57,618 bases of DNA from the sequence record SRR31156797_632; one strand, given 5' to 3'. The notes beneath the pieces are model-generated. The model had not been told where the DNA came from, ran no database searches, and was given only the letters and a program-made list of their open reading frames with translations. Shown piece by piece: positions 1 to 10,255 of this stretch. The first letter of the stretch is position 1. Every line of letters starts with the position of its first letter. The translations under genes were made by a program, and so were the position numbers.

Positions 1-90
1 TAAAGAAAACTTCCTTATGAAAAATAATTAAACGGGTCATGCATTGCACAAAACAGGGCATAATAATCAACTATTTTCAGATTCCAAACC

Positions 91-113
91 AACACAGGGC
101 GATTCCCTGCGTT
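91..113. repeat. REP-like imperfect palindrome (aacacagggcgattccctgcgtt)
   Basis: caggg/ccctg stem with aac/gtt outer arms; a second acagggc half-copy at ~53-59; intergenic. Confidence 0.4.
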
Positions 114-154
114 AATACTATTGAGCTTCAGCGCAAAAAAAACACGACTCAAAA

Positions 155-187
155 TAAAAAGGCTGGCACAGAAAATTGTACCAGCCT
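155..187 (-). terminator. Rho-independent terminator for the 207-782 gene
   Basis: aggctggcaca-gaaaat-tgtaccagcct stem preceded by an A-tract on + (U-tract on -), ~20 nt past the stop. Confidence 0.7.
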
Positions 188-206
188 CTCTTAAATAAAA
201 ATATTT

Positions 207-782
207 TTAAATGTAAATATTCACACCACCACCAATGAAATGATAACCATCATCGGTTACATTGATCATTGCTTCGAAAATAAAGGCAAGGTTTTTTCTT
301 AGTCCAATCTCCAGGCTAATAGGTACCCAGCCTATGAACTGAGTGTCTTTACCATCTTTTTCACCCTGATCGTCATATTTATCAATGAAATTGATATCAA
401 CATCAAACCCAGAAGATATTCTCACATCACTCTTTATGGGATATGTTCCCAAAATATTTGCATCAAGACCAAAATCTCCAAAATGGTGGGCACCACCCAT
501 TACTGAGAAGTAACGTCCAATGGCAAATTCAACATCACCCCCAATATACTCATCATACTCACTTAAGAACCCAACCTTGAAACCAAGATCAATTCCTTTT
601 TTGAGCCCATATCCTGCATGACCAAAAAGCATAAATTCTGTGCTTCCATTAGTCAAAACAGAAGGTTCTACACCAACACTCCACTTTTTAGGTTTCAATG
701 TTTGCCCGGTGCTGAATAATTGACCAAATGAAATAGATGAGATGAGCATCAAAGCTCCAAATAAAATTGCTATTCTTTTCAT
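207..782 (-). CDS. Hypothetical outer-membrane beta-barrel protein
   Basis: Signal peptide MKRIAILFGALMLISSISFG; amphipathic Gly/aromatic strands; ends GGGVNIYI. Start moved from GTG 803 to ATG 782. Confidence 0.65.
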   Translation of the reverse strand: MKRIAILFGALMLISSISFGQLFSTGQTLKPKKWSVGVEPSVLTNGSTEFMLFGHAGYGLKKGIDLGFKVGFLSEYDEYIGGDVEFAIGRYFSVMGGAHHFGDFGLDANILGTYPIKSDVRISSGFDVDINFIDKYDDQGEKDGKDTQFIGWVPISLEIGLRKNLAFIFEAMINVTDDGYHFIGGGVNIYI

Positions 783-816
783 AAATTCAAGGTTTAATTT
801 CACATATATGAATCAA

Positions 817-824
817 CAAAGATA
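817..824 (-). promoter_or_regulatory. Bacteroidota housekeeping-sigma -7 element (TATCTTTG)
   Basis: CAAAGATA on + matches TAnnTTTG, upstream of the 782 start. Confidence 0.55.
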
Positions 825-841
825 ATTGTCATTAGTTTGAA

Positions 842-1315
842 TTAAGTTAATTCTTGGTTAATTTTAACCAGTAGCTTAAGGGCATTCTCAAAATTCTCAA
901 AATCCTTTTTATTGAGCGCATTTAAATTAACAGCCGGGTATTTAAAAACTTCCCCTCTATCTTTTCGGTATACAATCAACATCTTTTTCAATCCAAACAA
1001 TTTGGGTTCAATTTTATAATCATGAACTTCTTCAGACTTAATTTTAAACGCCTTTGCCTCTTTGTTTAAAGGTGCTAATCCAAAATATTTTATGACCAAT
1101 GATTTTTTATCAATTTTAAGTTTGAGGTAATTAAAACCCATAAAATTTAAAACAAGGTATAAAACAGCAATAAAAACCACAAAACTTACAATAATTTCAA
1201 ATCCAGCTTCAACCTTAAACATAAATAAAGGTGCCATAGTAAGCACGAATATGAAAGGGATAGCAAAGAAAATAAGCTTTATTCTCCTGGCATTTTTGCG
1301 GTTTTCAATTTCCAT
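842..1315 (-). CDS. Hypothetical membrane protein (2 TM plus soluble domain)
   Basis: 157-aa ORF with two hydrophobic segments, 3 nt downstream of the proline dehydrogenase. Confidence 0.7.
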   Translation of the reverse strand: MEIENRKNARRIKLIFFAIPFIFVLTMAPLFMFKVEAGFEIIVSFVVFIAVLYLVLNFMGFNYLKLKIDKKSLVIKYFGLAPLNKEAKAFKIKSEEVHDYKIEPKLFGLKKMLIVYRKDRGEVFKYPAVNLNALNKKDFENFENALKLLVKINQELT

Positions 1316-1318
1316 AGT

Positions 1319-2482
1319 TTATTCTTTTTTACGTCTTTTTTGCTCTTTCAAAATTAATGATAATTCTCTACCTGTTTGCCCGGCTACAGATGTATTTTCC
1401 TCAGCTCTTCTTATCAGGTAAGGTGCTACATGACGCACAGGGCCATAAGGAATATATTTAGCAACATTGTAACCTTCAGCAGCTAGATTGTAACTAATAT
1501 GATCACTCATTCCATACAACTGTGAAAAATAAAGTCTGTAATCATCCTTTTTCAATCCTTTTTCCGCGATTAATTGGGCAAGTAAAAGGCTACTTTCTTC
1601 ATTATGAGTACCATTAAAAATATGTAATATTTCAAGATTGTCCATTGACACACGTAAGGCATCATTATACATTTTATCTGTAGATGCTTTATCTGGATTG
1701 ATTGGTGATGGATAACCTTCTTTTTCTGCACGGTCACGCTCTTTTTCCATATAGGCTCCACGTACAAATTTCACTCCTGCATAAAAGTTCTTTTCTTTTG
1801 CCTTAGCTATAAGGTTTTTCAAATAATCCAAACGATCAGTTCGATACATTTGCAAGGTATTGAAAACCACTACATCTTCTTTATTGTACTTTTCCATCAT
1901 ATTTTCAACCACCTCATCAATAGCCTTTTGGTACCAGAAATCTTCAGCATCAATCAATAAACGAACTTTACTTTTCGCAGCAGCTTCAGATAGTTTATCA
2001 ACTCGGTCAGCAAATGCTTTATATTGCTTTTCATCATTTTCATCTACTTTTTCATTGAAAGAAAACTTCCGCAGCACACGTACATCAATCATTGCTGTTG
2101 GCTTGAATACTGCAAAAGGAATATTTTCATGTTTCCCTGCATTTTCGATGGAATTCAATGTTTCCTGAAATGCTGCATTGATTCCTTCTTCACTACTTTT
2201 ACCTTCTACAGAATAGTCCAGAATAGCTTTTACATTAGACTTTGAAAGCCTTTCCACAACAGGTTGACATTTATCAATAGTTTCTCCTCCTACAAAATGC
2301 TTATAAATTGTGGGTTTGATAGCCCAGCCAATTGGCAAGCGGGTTTTCAGTGCAAATTGTAACAAAACCTTTCCCATTTTAACCATCCACGGTTTTTCAA
2401 TTGTTTTGAATAATAATTTTGCACGACGCAAATCTGTTTTAGATTTATCCTGAAAAGCTATCTTTGTATTATTAAAATCCAT
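1319..2482 (-). CDS. Monofunctional proline dehydrogenase
   Basis: FVGGET, LIDAED, GVKFVRGAYME, QLYGM, YIPYGP and YLIRRAEEN motifs of the PRODH barrel; no P5C dehydrogenase domain. Confidence 0.95.
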   Translation of the reverse strand: MDFNNTKIAFQDKSKTDLRRAKLLFKTIEKPWMVKMGKVLLQFALKTRLPIGWAIKPTIYKHFVGGETIDKCQPVVERLSKSNVKAILDYSVEGKSSEEGINAAFQETLNSIENAGKHENIPFAVFKPTAMIDVRVLRKFSFNEKVDENDEKQYKAFADRVDKLSEAAAKSKVRLLIDAEDFWYQKAIDEVVENMMEKYNKEDVVVFNTLQMYRTDRLDYLKNLIAKAKEKNFYAGVKFVRGAYMEKERDRAEKEGYPSPINPDKASTDKMYNDALRVSMDNLEILHIFNGTHNEESSLLLAQLIAEKGLKKDDYRLYFSQLYGMSDHISYNLAAEGYNVAKYIPYGPVRHVAPYLIRRAEENTSVAGQTGRELSLILKEQKRRKKE

Positions 2483-2499
2483 AACGGTATATTAAAAAA

Positions 2500-3546
2500 A
2501 TGATTATCACTCAAAAACCTAACGATATAATTGCTTCATATTTAGAGAAGCAAAATTATAGTTCTTATTTCATTCTAACAGACTCAAACACTTTTACAAA
2601 GTGCATGCCTGGAATAGCGGAATCATTGTCGAAATATGATTTTCAAACTTTGAAAATTCCGGCAGGCGAAAATACAAAAAATATAGATACTTGCATACAT
2701 CTATGGAAACAGCTCAATGAAAAAGGAGCCGACCGCCATAGCTTGCTAATCAACCTGGGAGGCGGAATGATTACAGATATTGGAGGTTTTGTTGCAAGCA
2801 CTTTTAAAAGGGGAATGCATTTTATGAATATCCCTACTTCTATGCTAGCCATGATTGACGCTTCTATCGGAGGTAAAAATGGAATCAATTTTGAATCATT
2901 TAAGAATCAAATTGGGACAATTAATCAGCCTCAGGAAGTGATAATTGCTCCCGTTTTTCTTGAAACACTAGATAGAAAAAACTATTTATCAGGATTTGCA
3001 GAGGCATTAAAGCACGCACTTTTAAACGGAAACGAAACTATTAAAAATACTATACCTTTCGTAAATCCTATTTACAATGATGATGCTTTTGTGAACTTCC
3101 TTGGAAAAAATATCGCCATCAAGGAGCGTATTGTTGAAAAAGATCCAACTGAGAAAGCAGACAGGAAAGCCCTTAATGTTGGTCATACAATTGGACATGC
3201 ATTAGAATCACTTTCTCATCAAAAAGGGAAGCCCATTTTACATGGTGAAGCTGTGGCCTGGGGTATGATAGCTGAGTTAAAACTAGCCGAAGTAGTATTG
3301 AAGAATGAATTTGAATTATTAAATGAGATAGAGCAGTTTATTTCTGAGAATTATGACAAACCACCTATGGATGACCAGGATTTTCCAGAATTACTTAACC
3401 TAATGAAACAAGACAAAAAAAATTACAAATCAGAAATCAACTTTACTTTGCTGAAAGATGCTGGCGATTATGTCATCAATCAAACTGCCAATGAATCTCA
3501 AATTATTGACTCACTCAAATACATCTGCGAATTATGCAAAAACTAA
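2500..3546 (+). CDS. aroB: 3-dehydroquinate synthase
   Basis: GGGMITDIGGF, PTSMLAMIDASIGGKNG, LNVGHTIGHALE, HGEAVA, DKK. Confidence 0.96.
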   Translation: MIITQKPNDIIASYLEKQNYSSYFILTDSNTFTKCMPGIAESLSKYDFQTLKIPAGENTKNIDTCIHLWKQLNEKGADRHSLLINLGGGMITDIGGFVASTFKRGMHFMNIPTSMLAMIDASIGGKNGINFESFKNQIGTINQPQEVIIAPVFLETLDRKNYLSGFAEALKHALLNGNETIKNTIPFVNPIYNDDAFVNFLGKNIAIKERIVEKDPTEKADRKALNVGHTIGHALESLSHQKGKPILHGEAVAWGMIAELKLAEVVLKNEFELLNEIEQFISENYDKPPMDDQDFPELLNLMKQDKKNYKSEINFTLLKDAGDYVINQTANESQIIDSLKYICELCKN

Positions 3547-4754
3547 CATATAAGGCATCTACAAAAAAAGCCAAAGTAATTTTACCCGGGTCTAAAAGTG
3601 TAAGCAATCGATTATTAATGATAGCCGCTGTAGGTAATTTTTTGCCAAACTTTAAAAATCTCTCAAAATGCGATGATGTAAATACCTTATTTGAGATATT
3701 ACATTCCAATAGTAATAAATTCAATGTACATGATAGTGGAACGGCATTAAGATTTATTATCGCCTATTTTGCAGGAATTATGGGTGAATGGCATATTACA
3801 GGAAGTGATAGAATTCAGCAAAGACCTGTAAAACCGCTTGTGGATAGGTTAAAAACTGCAGGAGCCAATATCGTTTACGATAAAAATGAAGGCTATGCTC
3901 CCTTAACAATTACAGGAACGAAAATGAAAGGAGAGACTATTGAAATTGATATCTCTCAAAGTAGCCAATATGCATCAGCCCTATTGCTCATTGCACCCAT
4001 GTTTGAGAATGGATTAAAACTGATTTTACAAGGGGAAAAAAGATCATTGCCTTATATTGACTTAACCGTTGAATTAATGGAGCATTTCGGCATTAAAATC
4101 GTTCGTATGAATGACGAAATAGCCATAATGCCAGGTCAAGAATACAAACCTCAATCATTCGAAGTTGAAGCAGATTGGAGTGCATCAGCTTTTTGGTATG
4201 AGCTTGCAGCCTTAATCCCAGGATTTTCAGTTAAAATGCTGGGGCTCGATCCAAAATCAAAACAAGGTGATAAAGCTGTAATTGAACTGTGGAAAAAAAT
4301 TAATGTAGAAACACATATCGGCATCAACCATATAACCATAACAAACAAACCTTCAAACACAAAAGCTATCTATCAAGCAGATATAAGTCAAACCCCGGAT
4401 TTATTTCCACCATTAGCTATGACTTGCATTGGTCAAAAACGTACTTTTGAAATAACCGGAACGGCCAATCTAGCTTTAAAAGAAAGTGACAGAGCTTTGG
4501 CTATTCAGAATATTGCCAAGCAAATGGGAGCTGAAATGATCATTGAGAAAGATCGTATCACATGCTCAAATTATGCAGCCGTAAAAAAGAACAAAATTGA
4601 AGTAGACACCATCAATGATCACCGAATTGCAATGGCAGCAGCGCCAATAGCTGCGCTAACTCAAGAAATTTATCTGAACGATCCAGGTGTGGTGAGCAAA
4701 TCTTATCCGGAATTTTGGAATGATATTGCTAAGATTGGATTTAAGTTTTCGTAA
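3534..4754 (+). CDS. aroA: EPSP synthase (3-phosphoshikimate 1-carboxyvinyltransferase)
   Basis: LPGSKSVSNR, SGTALRF, SSQYASALL, KESDR, DHRIAMA, KSYPEFW; overlaps the aroB stop. Confidence 0.96.
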   Translation: MQKLTYKASTKKAKVILPGSKSVSNRLLMIAAVGNFLPNFKNLSKCDDVNTLFEILHSNSNKFNVHDSGTALRFIIAYFAGIMGEWHITGSDRIQQRPVKPLVDRLKTAGANIVYDKNEGYAPLTITGTKMKGETIEIDISQSSQYASALLLIAPMFENGLKLILQGEKRSLPYIDLTVELMEHFGIKIVRMNDEIAIMPGQEYKPQSFEVEADWSASAFWYELAALIPGFSVKMLGLDPKSKQGDKAVIELWKKINVETHIGINHITITNKPSNTKAIYQADISQTPDLFPPLAMTCIGQKRTFEITGTANLALKESDRALAIQNIAKQMGAEMIIEKDRITCSNYAAVKKNKIEVDTINDHRIAMAAAPIAALTQEIYLNDPGVVSKSYPEFWNDIAKIGFKFS

Positions 4755-4770
4755 AACTATTGAAAGCTTA

Positions 4771-6141
4771 TTACTCTGAAGAACTATCATTTTGAAATGA
4801 TAGCCGCTTTTTCTGTTCCTCAATTTCTATACTTTGAGATTGAATTTTTTCTTTCAATGCTTTTATCTCTTCATTTTTCTTGGAGAGCACAAAATTAGCT
4901 AACTTTTTGCTTCTTAATCTTCTCAAAACAGCAATTGCAATTACAGCAATTATAATAGCTAACAACCCAATAGCAATCATCGCATTTTGTTGTTTCCTGA
5001 TTAAAGCTGCTTTTAAATTGTCTTTGGTTTTTAATAATTCAATCTCTTTTTCTCTTTTTGAAATACTATATTCGGCGATAAGCTCAGCCTCATGTGAGGT
5101 TAACTCTTCCTTGTGAAGACTATCATTCAACACTTTATATTTTTCAAGAACAGCAAGTGCGTTAGAAGTCTGTCCCAGTCTTTTATAGATTGGATAAGTA
5201 GCATTATAAACATCAATTAAAACATAAGAAAAATTATGCCTTTCAGCAATTTCCATTGCTTTATGAGCATAATTTAGAGCAACGTGAATATTACCAATTT
5301 CTTGGTATAGCTCCGCTTTATGTATATACGCTACACTTAAATCTCTGGCCGATCCTCCTTTTTCCAAACCTTCAACCGCCAGGTCAATATAGAATAATGC
5401 CGAATCTCTATAATCTTTTGCATAATAATAATCCGCAAGGTTTCCATAACATTCATATAGATAATTATTAATGCCAAGCTGTTTATATATTTCAATAGCT
5501 TTTAAAGTATAGTGTTTAGCAGAATCATATTCATCAAATTCACTAAAAATCAATCCTTTATTTTGAAATGATATGGCAATTCCAATTTTAAAATCTGCTT
5601 CGTTGAAATATTCCAAAGCCTCATCATAATGAATCATTGCCTCTTCATATTTTTGAGCAAATAACATAAGGTTTGCAATGGTAGCTAGCACCTTGCCAAC
5701 ATTAAGAAATTCGTTATTATTCTCATAGTAATCTTTAACCTCCTGATAAATCAACAAAGCCTTTTCTATTTGATTGGTTTCAGTATATACATTGGCTTTA
5801 TTTGCAATAACAGTAATTAAAAGTGAAGAATCCAAAGTGGGGTTAAATATGCTCTCAGCCTTGTTCAAGTAATAAAATGCTGAATCATATTTGGTTTGAC
5901 TATAATAAGTCATTCCTACTGCTTGAAAGCTTTGCAACTTCAATTTATCATCTTCCAAACTTGCAGCAATATCCATAGCTTTGTTAGCATTCAAAAAAGC
6001 TGAGTCCAGATTTATATAAATCTGATTATATGTTTTCTGAATATATAATTCGGCTTTTTGAAATAAAGCACTATCGGTTTGACTGAAAATTGAAGTACAC
6101 GTAAATACTACGAATACAAAGAGAATCCTAAATTTCAGCAT
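4771..6141 (-). CDS. Exported TPR-repeat protein with C-terminal TM and coiled coil (sensor-like, no output domain)
   Basis: Signal peptide, TPR-like helical repeats, AEYSISKREKEIELL linker, TM, short coiled coil, then stop. Confidence 0.8.
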   Translation of the reverse strand: MLKFRILFVFVVFTCTSIFSQTDSALFQKAELYIQKTYNQIYINLDSAFLNANKAMDIAASLEDDKLKLQSFQAVGMTYYSQTKYDSAFYYLNKAESIFNPTLDSSLLITVIANKANVYTETNQIEKALLIYQEVKDYYENNNEFLNVGKVLATIANLMLFAQKYEEAMIHYDEALEYFNEADFKIGIAISFQNKGLIFSEFDEYDSAKHYTLKAIEIYKQLGINNYLYECYGNLADYYYAKDYRDSALFYIDLAVEGLEKGGSARDLSVAYIHKAELYQEIGNIHVALNYAHKAMEIAERHNFSYVLIDVYNATYPIYKRLGQTSNALAVLEKYKVLNDSLHKEELTSHEAELIAEYSISKREKEIELLKTKDNLKAALIRKQQNAMIAIGLLAIIIAVIAIAVLRRLRSKKLANFVLSKKNEEIKALKEKIQSQSIEIEEQKKRLSFQNDSSSE

Positions 6142-6362
6142 CTTATGGCATTTTAATCTTACGAATTTAACATTTTATTATGATTTGCCAAACAGAATCT
6201 ATTTTTTAGTAATTCCTAAAGTTTATCAAAAAATAAATCTCAATTTGAACAAAATATCATAAAAATAAGTTACACTTTTAATTATGAGTAGTTTATTATA
6301 TGTGTCTTTTTAAATAACAATTGGTAGATTACTCAATTGAAATTAAACCAACAACCAAAAAA

Positions 6363-6827
6363 ATGATTGAACAATTAAAAAGCATTCTGGAAGATTTAAG
6401 AAAAGAAGTAAATCAGAATCTAAAAACAATTAAACGAAATAGGGAAGCCATTGAATTATTAAAAATAGCTAATGAGTCTATTGAAATTAAAAATCAAATT
6501 GATAACCTATACAAAACAAATAAAACTCTACTTATTGTAAATGATGCTAATTTGAAACTTCAAAATGGGATTAATCAGTTTATTTCAAGTCAGCATAGTA
6601 ATTTAAATGCAAAGAAAAGTGATATGAAAGTTCCGGTTCCGAAAAAAGGTGGAAAAATTGATTTCTTCAAATTAACTGTTGATGGGGAAATTCCATTTAA
6701 TGAATATCATCCAAAGTTTAATGATGAAATGTTCGTCCAAGAATTACTTGATTACTACATTAAAATAGAAGATTATGAAGAGTGTAGTAAGATTCAAAAA
6801 GTAAAATCGATGAAACAGGATGCATAG
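6363..6827 (+). CDS. Hypothetical coiled-coil protein with UVR-like C-terminal motif
   Basis: ATG at 6363 preferred over TTG 6321; C-terminus LDYYIKIEDYEECSKI resembles the UvrB/C motif. Confidence 0.6.
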   Translation: MIEQLKSILEDLRKEVNQNLKTIKRNREAIELLKIANESIEIKNQIDNLYKTNKTLLIVNDANLKLQNGINQFISSQHSNLNAKKSDMKVPVPKKGGKIDFFKLTVDGEIPFNEYHPKFNDEMFVQELLDYYIKIEDYEECSKIQKVKSMKQDA

Positions 6828-6837
6828 GAATTTCATT

Positions 6838-9279
6838 CTAATAAGGATCCATATCAGGACTTATGAGGACACTTTTAATCCCCTCGGTGTTCAACACTTC
6901 AATTATTGATTTCCTTACTTCATTCTTAATTTGAAGTGTTTGTTTTGATCGCTCCATTTTCACAATTATCTCCTTAATATAATATTGCTGAATTCTCTCA
7001 ATTACAGGTGATTGAGGACCCAATACAATCGCTCCACTAATTTTTCTGCATTTCGTTGCTAACATACTAGCAGCCTTACTGCATATATATTCTTTTTTAT
7101 GTTTTAAGGTGATAGTTATAATTCTTGTAAATGGAGGGTATCGGAATTGATTACGTTCCTCTAATTCTTTCTCGGCGAAAGTGGCATAATTACCGCTTTG
7201 TAAAAACTTAATAACAGGGTGTTCTGTTTGTGACGTTTGAATTATCACTTTGCCATTGTCTCCGTGTCTGCCGGAGCGCCCAGCCACTTGCATTAACAAC
7301 TGCATGCTGCGCTCGTGTGAGCGAAAATCAGGAAAACTAAATAAATTATCCGCATTTAAAACGCCCACCAGGTTAACATTTTTAAAATCAAGACCCTTGG
7401 TCACCATTTGCGTTCCAACGAGAATATCTATCTCACCTTCATCAAATTTTCCGATAATTTGTTCATGACTATTTTTCCTGCGTGTAGCATCCTGATCAAA
7501 CCTTGCAATGCGAGCATTTGGAAAAATACTACCAAGCTCCTCCTCTATTTTCTCAGTGCCAAATCCCATTGGTTTTAATTCTGCTGTACTACATTCTTCA
7601 CACTTATCTTTATTTCGTTTAGTAAATCCACAATAATGACAAACAAGATTATTCTCTCTTTTATGATATGTTAGGCGCACATCGCAATGGGGACAAATTG
7701 GAATATGACCACACTCAAAACACTGCAAGTAAGGTGAAAAACCACGTCGATTTTGAAAAAGAATTACCTGTTTTCCTTCATCCAAACTATCCTGAATAGT
7801 ATTATGCATTTCAGGTGTCATATGTGCCTCAACTTTATGTCTTCGCCACCATTTTGCATAATCCGATATAATAATTTCAGGTCGCGTAAAATTACCAAAT
7901 CGCTCAGTCAACTTAACAAATCCATATTTACCAGCCTTATGATTAGCCAGGCTTTCAAGCGAAGGAGTGGCAGTGGCCAGCAATAGTTGAGCTTTATAAA
8001 TAGATGAAAGCACTACAGCAGCATCGCGGGCATTATATCGCGGTGCAGGATCTTGTTGCTTATAAGATCGATCATGTTCTTCATCAACTATAATGCATCC
8101 CAAATTTTTATACGGTAAAAATATAGCTGACCGTGGACCTATTATGACTTTAAACTTCTCGTTTTTACGGACAGCATGCCATAATTCAACTCGCTGAGCA
8201 GCATGAATGCGCGAATGATAAACCCCTACATACTCACCAAAAACTTTCCGAAACCGTTTCACCAACTGACCAGTTAAAGCAATTTCAGGAAGTAAAACCA
8301 AAGCTTGTTTTCCTTCTTTTATGGCTTTACTTATTAAATGAAAATAAATCTCTGTCTTACCACTTGATGTAACGCCATAAAGCAATGTAGGCTTTAACTG
8401 GTTCCAATTAACTGAAATTTCGTCAAATGCTTTTTTTTGAGCTTCTGATAATTGTGGAATAGGTTCCGGATGAATATCGTTACTTTCAAATCTTTCAACC
8501 TTAATTACGTTTTCTTTTAACCAATCTTTTTCAATTAAGGCTTTAATTACTGCATCAGATGTTTTGATCTCTTTCTTTAGGTCCGCTCGTGCAATTCTTT
8601 TGGGGTTCTTCCAAAAATAATCAATGACTTTTTTCTGAGCCGGAGACCGCCGTAAATCATCAAAATTTAGTTTCCCCTTACCTGCTTTTGCAGTATTTAA
8701 CTCCAACACTCTTTGAGTTTTTGGCTTATATTGCTCAGCAACTGATTCGCGCACTCCAATCAATTTCGCTTCAACCATTTGTCTGGTAATTCGAATGGCT
8801 GCAGCAGGAGAAAAAATAGTTTGTAAATCCTTAATAGAAATCTCCTTCGCACCATTAATAAAAGTAAATGCCTGATCAATTTCTTGCGATTGCAATGTTA
8901 ATGGTACCTCATCTGCAATCGCATACAACCGGGTCTCACTATGAATCTTCATCATGGCGGGCAATGCAGCTTCGCATACCTCACCCAAAGTGCACATATA
9001 ATACTCCGACATCCATTGCCAAAACTGAATATTTTGAGGATGAATTACCGGTTCTGTGTCAAGCACATCAATAATAGGTTTCGTATTATAATCCGGTTTT
9101 TTTGCTGAAATAGAAATAACAATACCAGCGTAAATCTTTTGTTTGCCAAAACTAACTAACACACGGCTACCAACCTTTACCAACTCTGCTTTCTCAGTAA
9201 TATCGTAGGTAAAAGTTCCGGAGGCAGCTAAAGGAAGTGTAACCTCAGCGAACACTTTTGTATGTATTTTGTCTGACAT
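6838..9279 (-). CDS. priA: Replication restart helicase PriA
   Basis: GVTSSGKTE, LLPEIALT, DEEH, NRRGFS, four CxxC pairs, GTQMVTKGLDF, QVAGRSGR. Start moved to ATG 9279 to avoid overlap with the divergent gene. Confidence 0.97.
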   Translation of the reverse strand: MSDKIHTKVFAEVTLPLAASGTFTYDITEKAELVKVGSRVLVSFGKQKIYAGIVISISAKKPDYNTKPIIDVLDTEPVIHPQNIQFWQWMSEYYMCTLGEVCEAALPAMMKIHSETRLYAIADEVPLTLQSQEIDQAFTFINGAKEISIKDLQTIFSPAAAIRITRQMVEAKLIGVRESVAEQYKPKTQRVLELNTAKAGKGKLNFDDLRRSPAQKKVIDYFWKNPKRIARADLKKEIKTSDAVIKALIEKDWLKENVIKVERFESNDIHPEPIPQLSEAQKKAFDEISVNWNQLKPTLLYGVTSSGKTEIYFHLISKAIKEGKQALVLLPEIALTGQLVKRFRKVFGEYVGVYHSRIHAAQRVELWHAVRKNEKFKVIIGPRSAIFLPYKNLGCIIVDEEHDRSYKQQDPAPRYNARDAAVVLSSIYKAQLLLATATPSLESLANHKAGKYGFVKLTERFGNFTRPEIIISDYAKWWRRHKVEAHMTPEMHNTIQDSLDEGKQVILFQNRRGFSPYLQCFECGHIPICPHCDVRLTYHKRENNLVCHYCGFTKRNKDKCEECSTAELKPMGFGTEKIEEELGSIFPNARIARFDQDATRRKNSHEQIIGKFDEGEIDILVGTQMVTKGLDFKNVNLVGVLNADNLFSFPDFRSHERSMQLLMQVAGRSGRHGDNGKVIIQTSQTEHPVIKFLQSGNYATFAEKELEERNQFRYPPFTRIITITLKHKKEYICSKAASMLATKCRKISGAIVLGPQSPVIERIQQYYIKEIIVKMERSKQTLQIKNEVRKSIIEVLNTEGIKSVLISPDMDPY

Positions 9280-9328
9280 GCAGCGCAAGTTAATAGAATT
9301 AACTTTCTTTACCGAACAATTTTTCAAA

Positions 9329-10255
9329 ATGAATAAACGCCTTCTTGCACATTTAGCGCTCATTGGAGCGAATCTAATCTATGGAGTAAACTATTCCATT
9401 GCTAAATGGATTATGCCTGACTACGTCGATCCGTTTGGATTAGTTGTAATGCGTGCTATTGGAGGTGTTTTATTGTTTTGGCTATTTGCCTTTACGGCAA
9501 AAAAAGAAAAGGTTGCCCTTAAAGATATGGGACGCTTGATTTTGAGTGGAATGTTTGGAGTGGCATTCAATCAAATGATGTTTTTGGCCGGATTGAACTA
9601 CACAACTCCCATTGATGCTTCCATTATTATGACCTTAAACCCTATTGTGGTATTAATAGCAGCCTTAATATTATTAGGTGAAAAAATTACCTGGAGAAAA
9701 ATCGTGGGGATTATACTTGGAGGTGCTGGAGCTGTGCTTTTGATTCTTTCAACCGGAAAAATCTCATTTGATTCCGATCATTTTGTAGGTAACTTATTAA
9801 TGCTTGGTAATACAAGTTCTTATGCTATTTACCTTGTTATTGTGAAGCCATTGATGAAAAAATACCATCCAATAACAGTAATAAAATGGGTTTTCTTATA
9901 TGGTTCCATAATAATAATTCCTTCTGGAATTAATGAGTTTTCAAGTACCGCATTTGAAACCTTTACATTGGAAGTTTGGTTATCTGTTGGTTACGTGGTT
10001 ATCTTTACAACTTTTCTGGCGTACTTACTCAACATTATTGCGTTGAATTGGGTAAGTCCAACACTTGCCAGTACCTATATTTATTCACAACCTGTAATTG
10101 CAGGAATAGTAGCTATTATTATGCTTCAGGATGAAATAACCTGGGTGAAAGTTATATCGACGGCATTGGTATTTGCAGGAGTTTACTTTGTAAATTTGGC
10201 CGGTATTAAAAAAGAAAAAAGTAATAGGCGAGTAGCTAATAAGGGCCCGAATTAA
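9329..10255 (+). CDS. DMT/EamA family transporter
   Basis: About 10 TMs; IYGVNYSIAK, GLNYTTPIDAS, GNLL, YIYSQPV; start at ATG 9329. Confidence 0.9.
   Translation: MNKRLLAHLALIGANLIYGVNYSIAKWIMPDYVDPFGLVVMRAIGGVLLFWLFAFTAKKEKVALKDMGRLILSGMFGVAFNQMMFLAGLNYTTPIDASIIMTLNPIVVLIAALILLGEKITWRKIVGIILGGAGAVLLILSTGKISFDSDHFVGNLLMLGNTSSYAIYLVIVKPLMKKYHPITVIKWVFLYGSIIIIPSGINEFSSTAFETFTLEVWLSVGYVVIFTTFLAYLLNIIALNWVSPTLASTYIYSQPVIAGIVAIIMLQDEITWVKVISTALVFAGVYFVNLAGIKKEKSNRRVANKGPN

Noticed and set aside
9269-9363. Apparent head-to-head coding overlap of priA and the DMT gene
   Set aside because: Artefact of longest-ORF calling; ATGs at 9279 (-) and 9329 (+) remove the overlap
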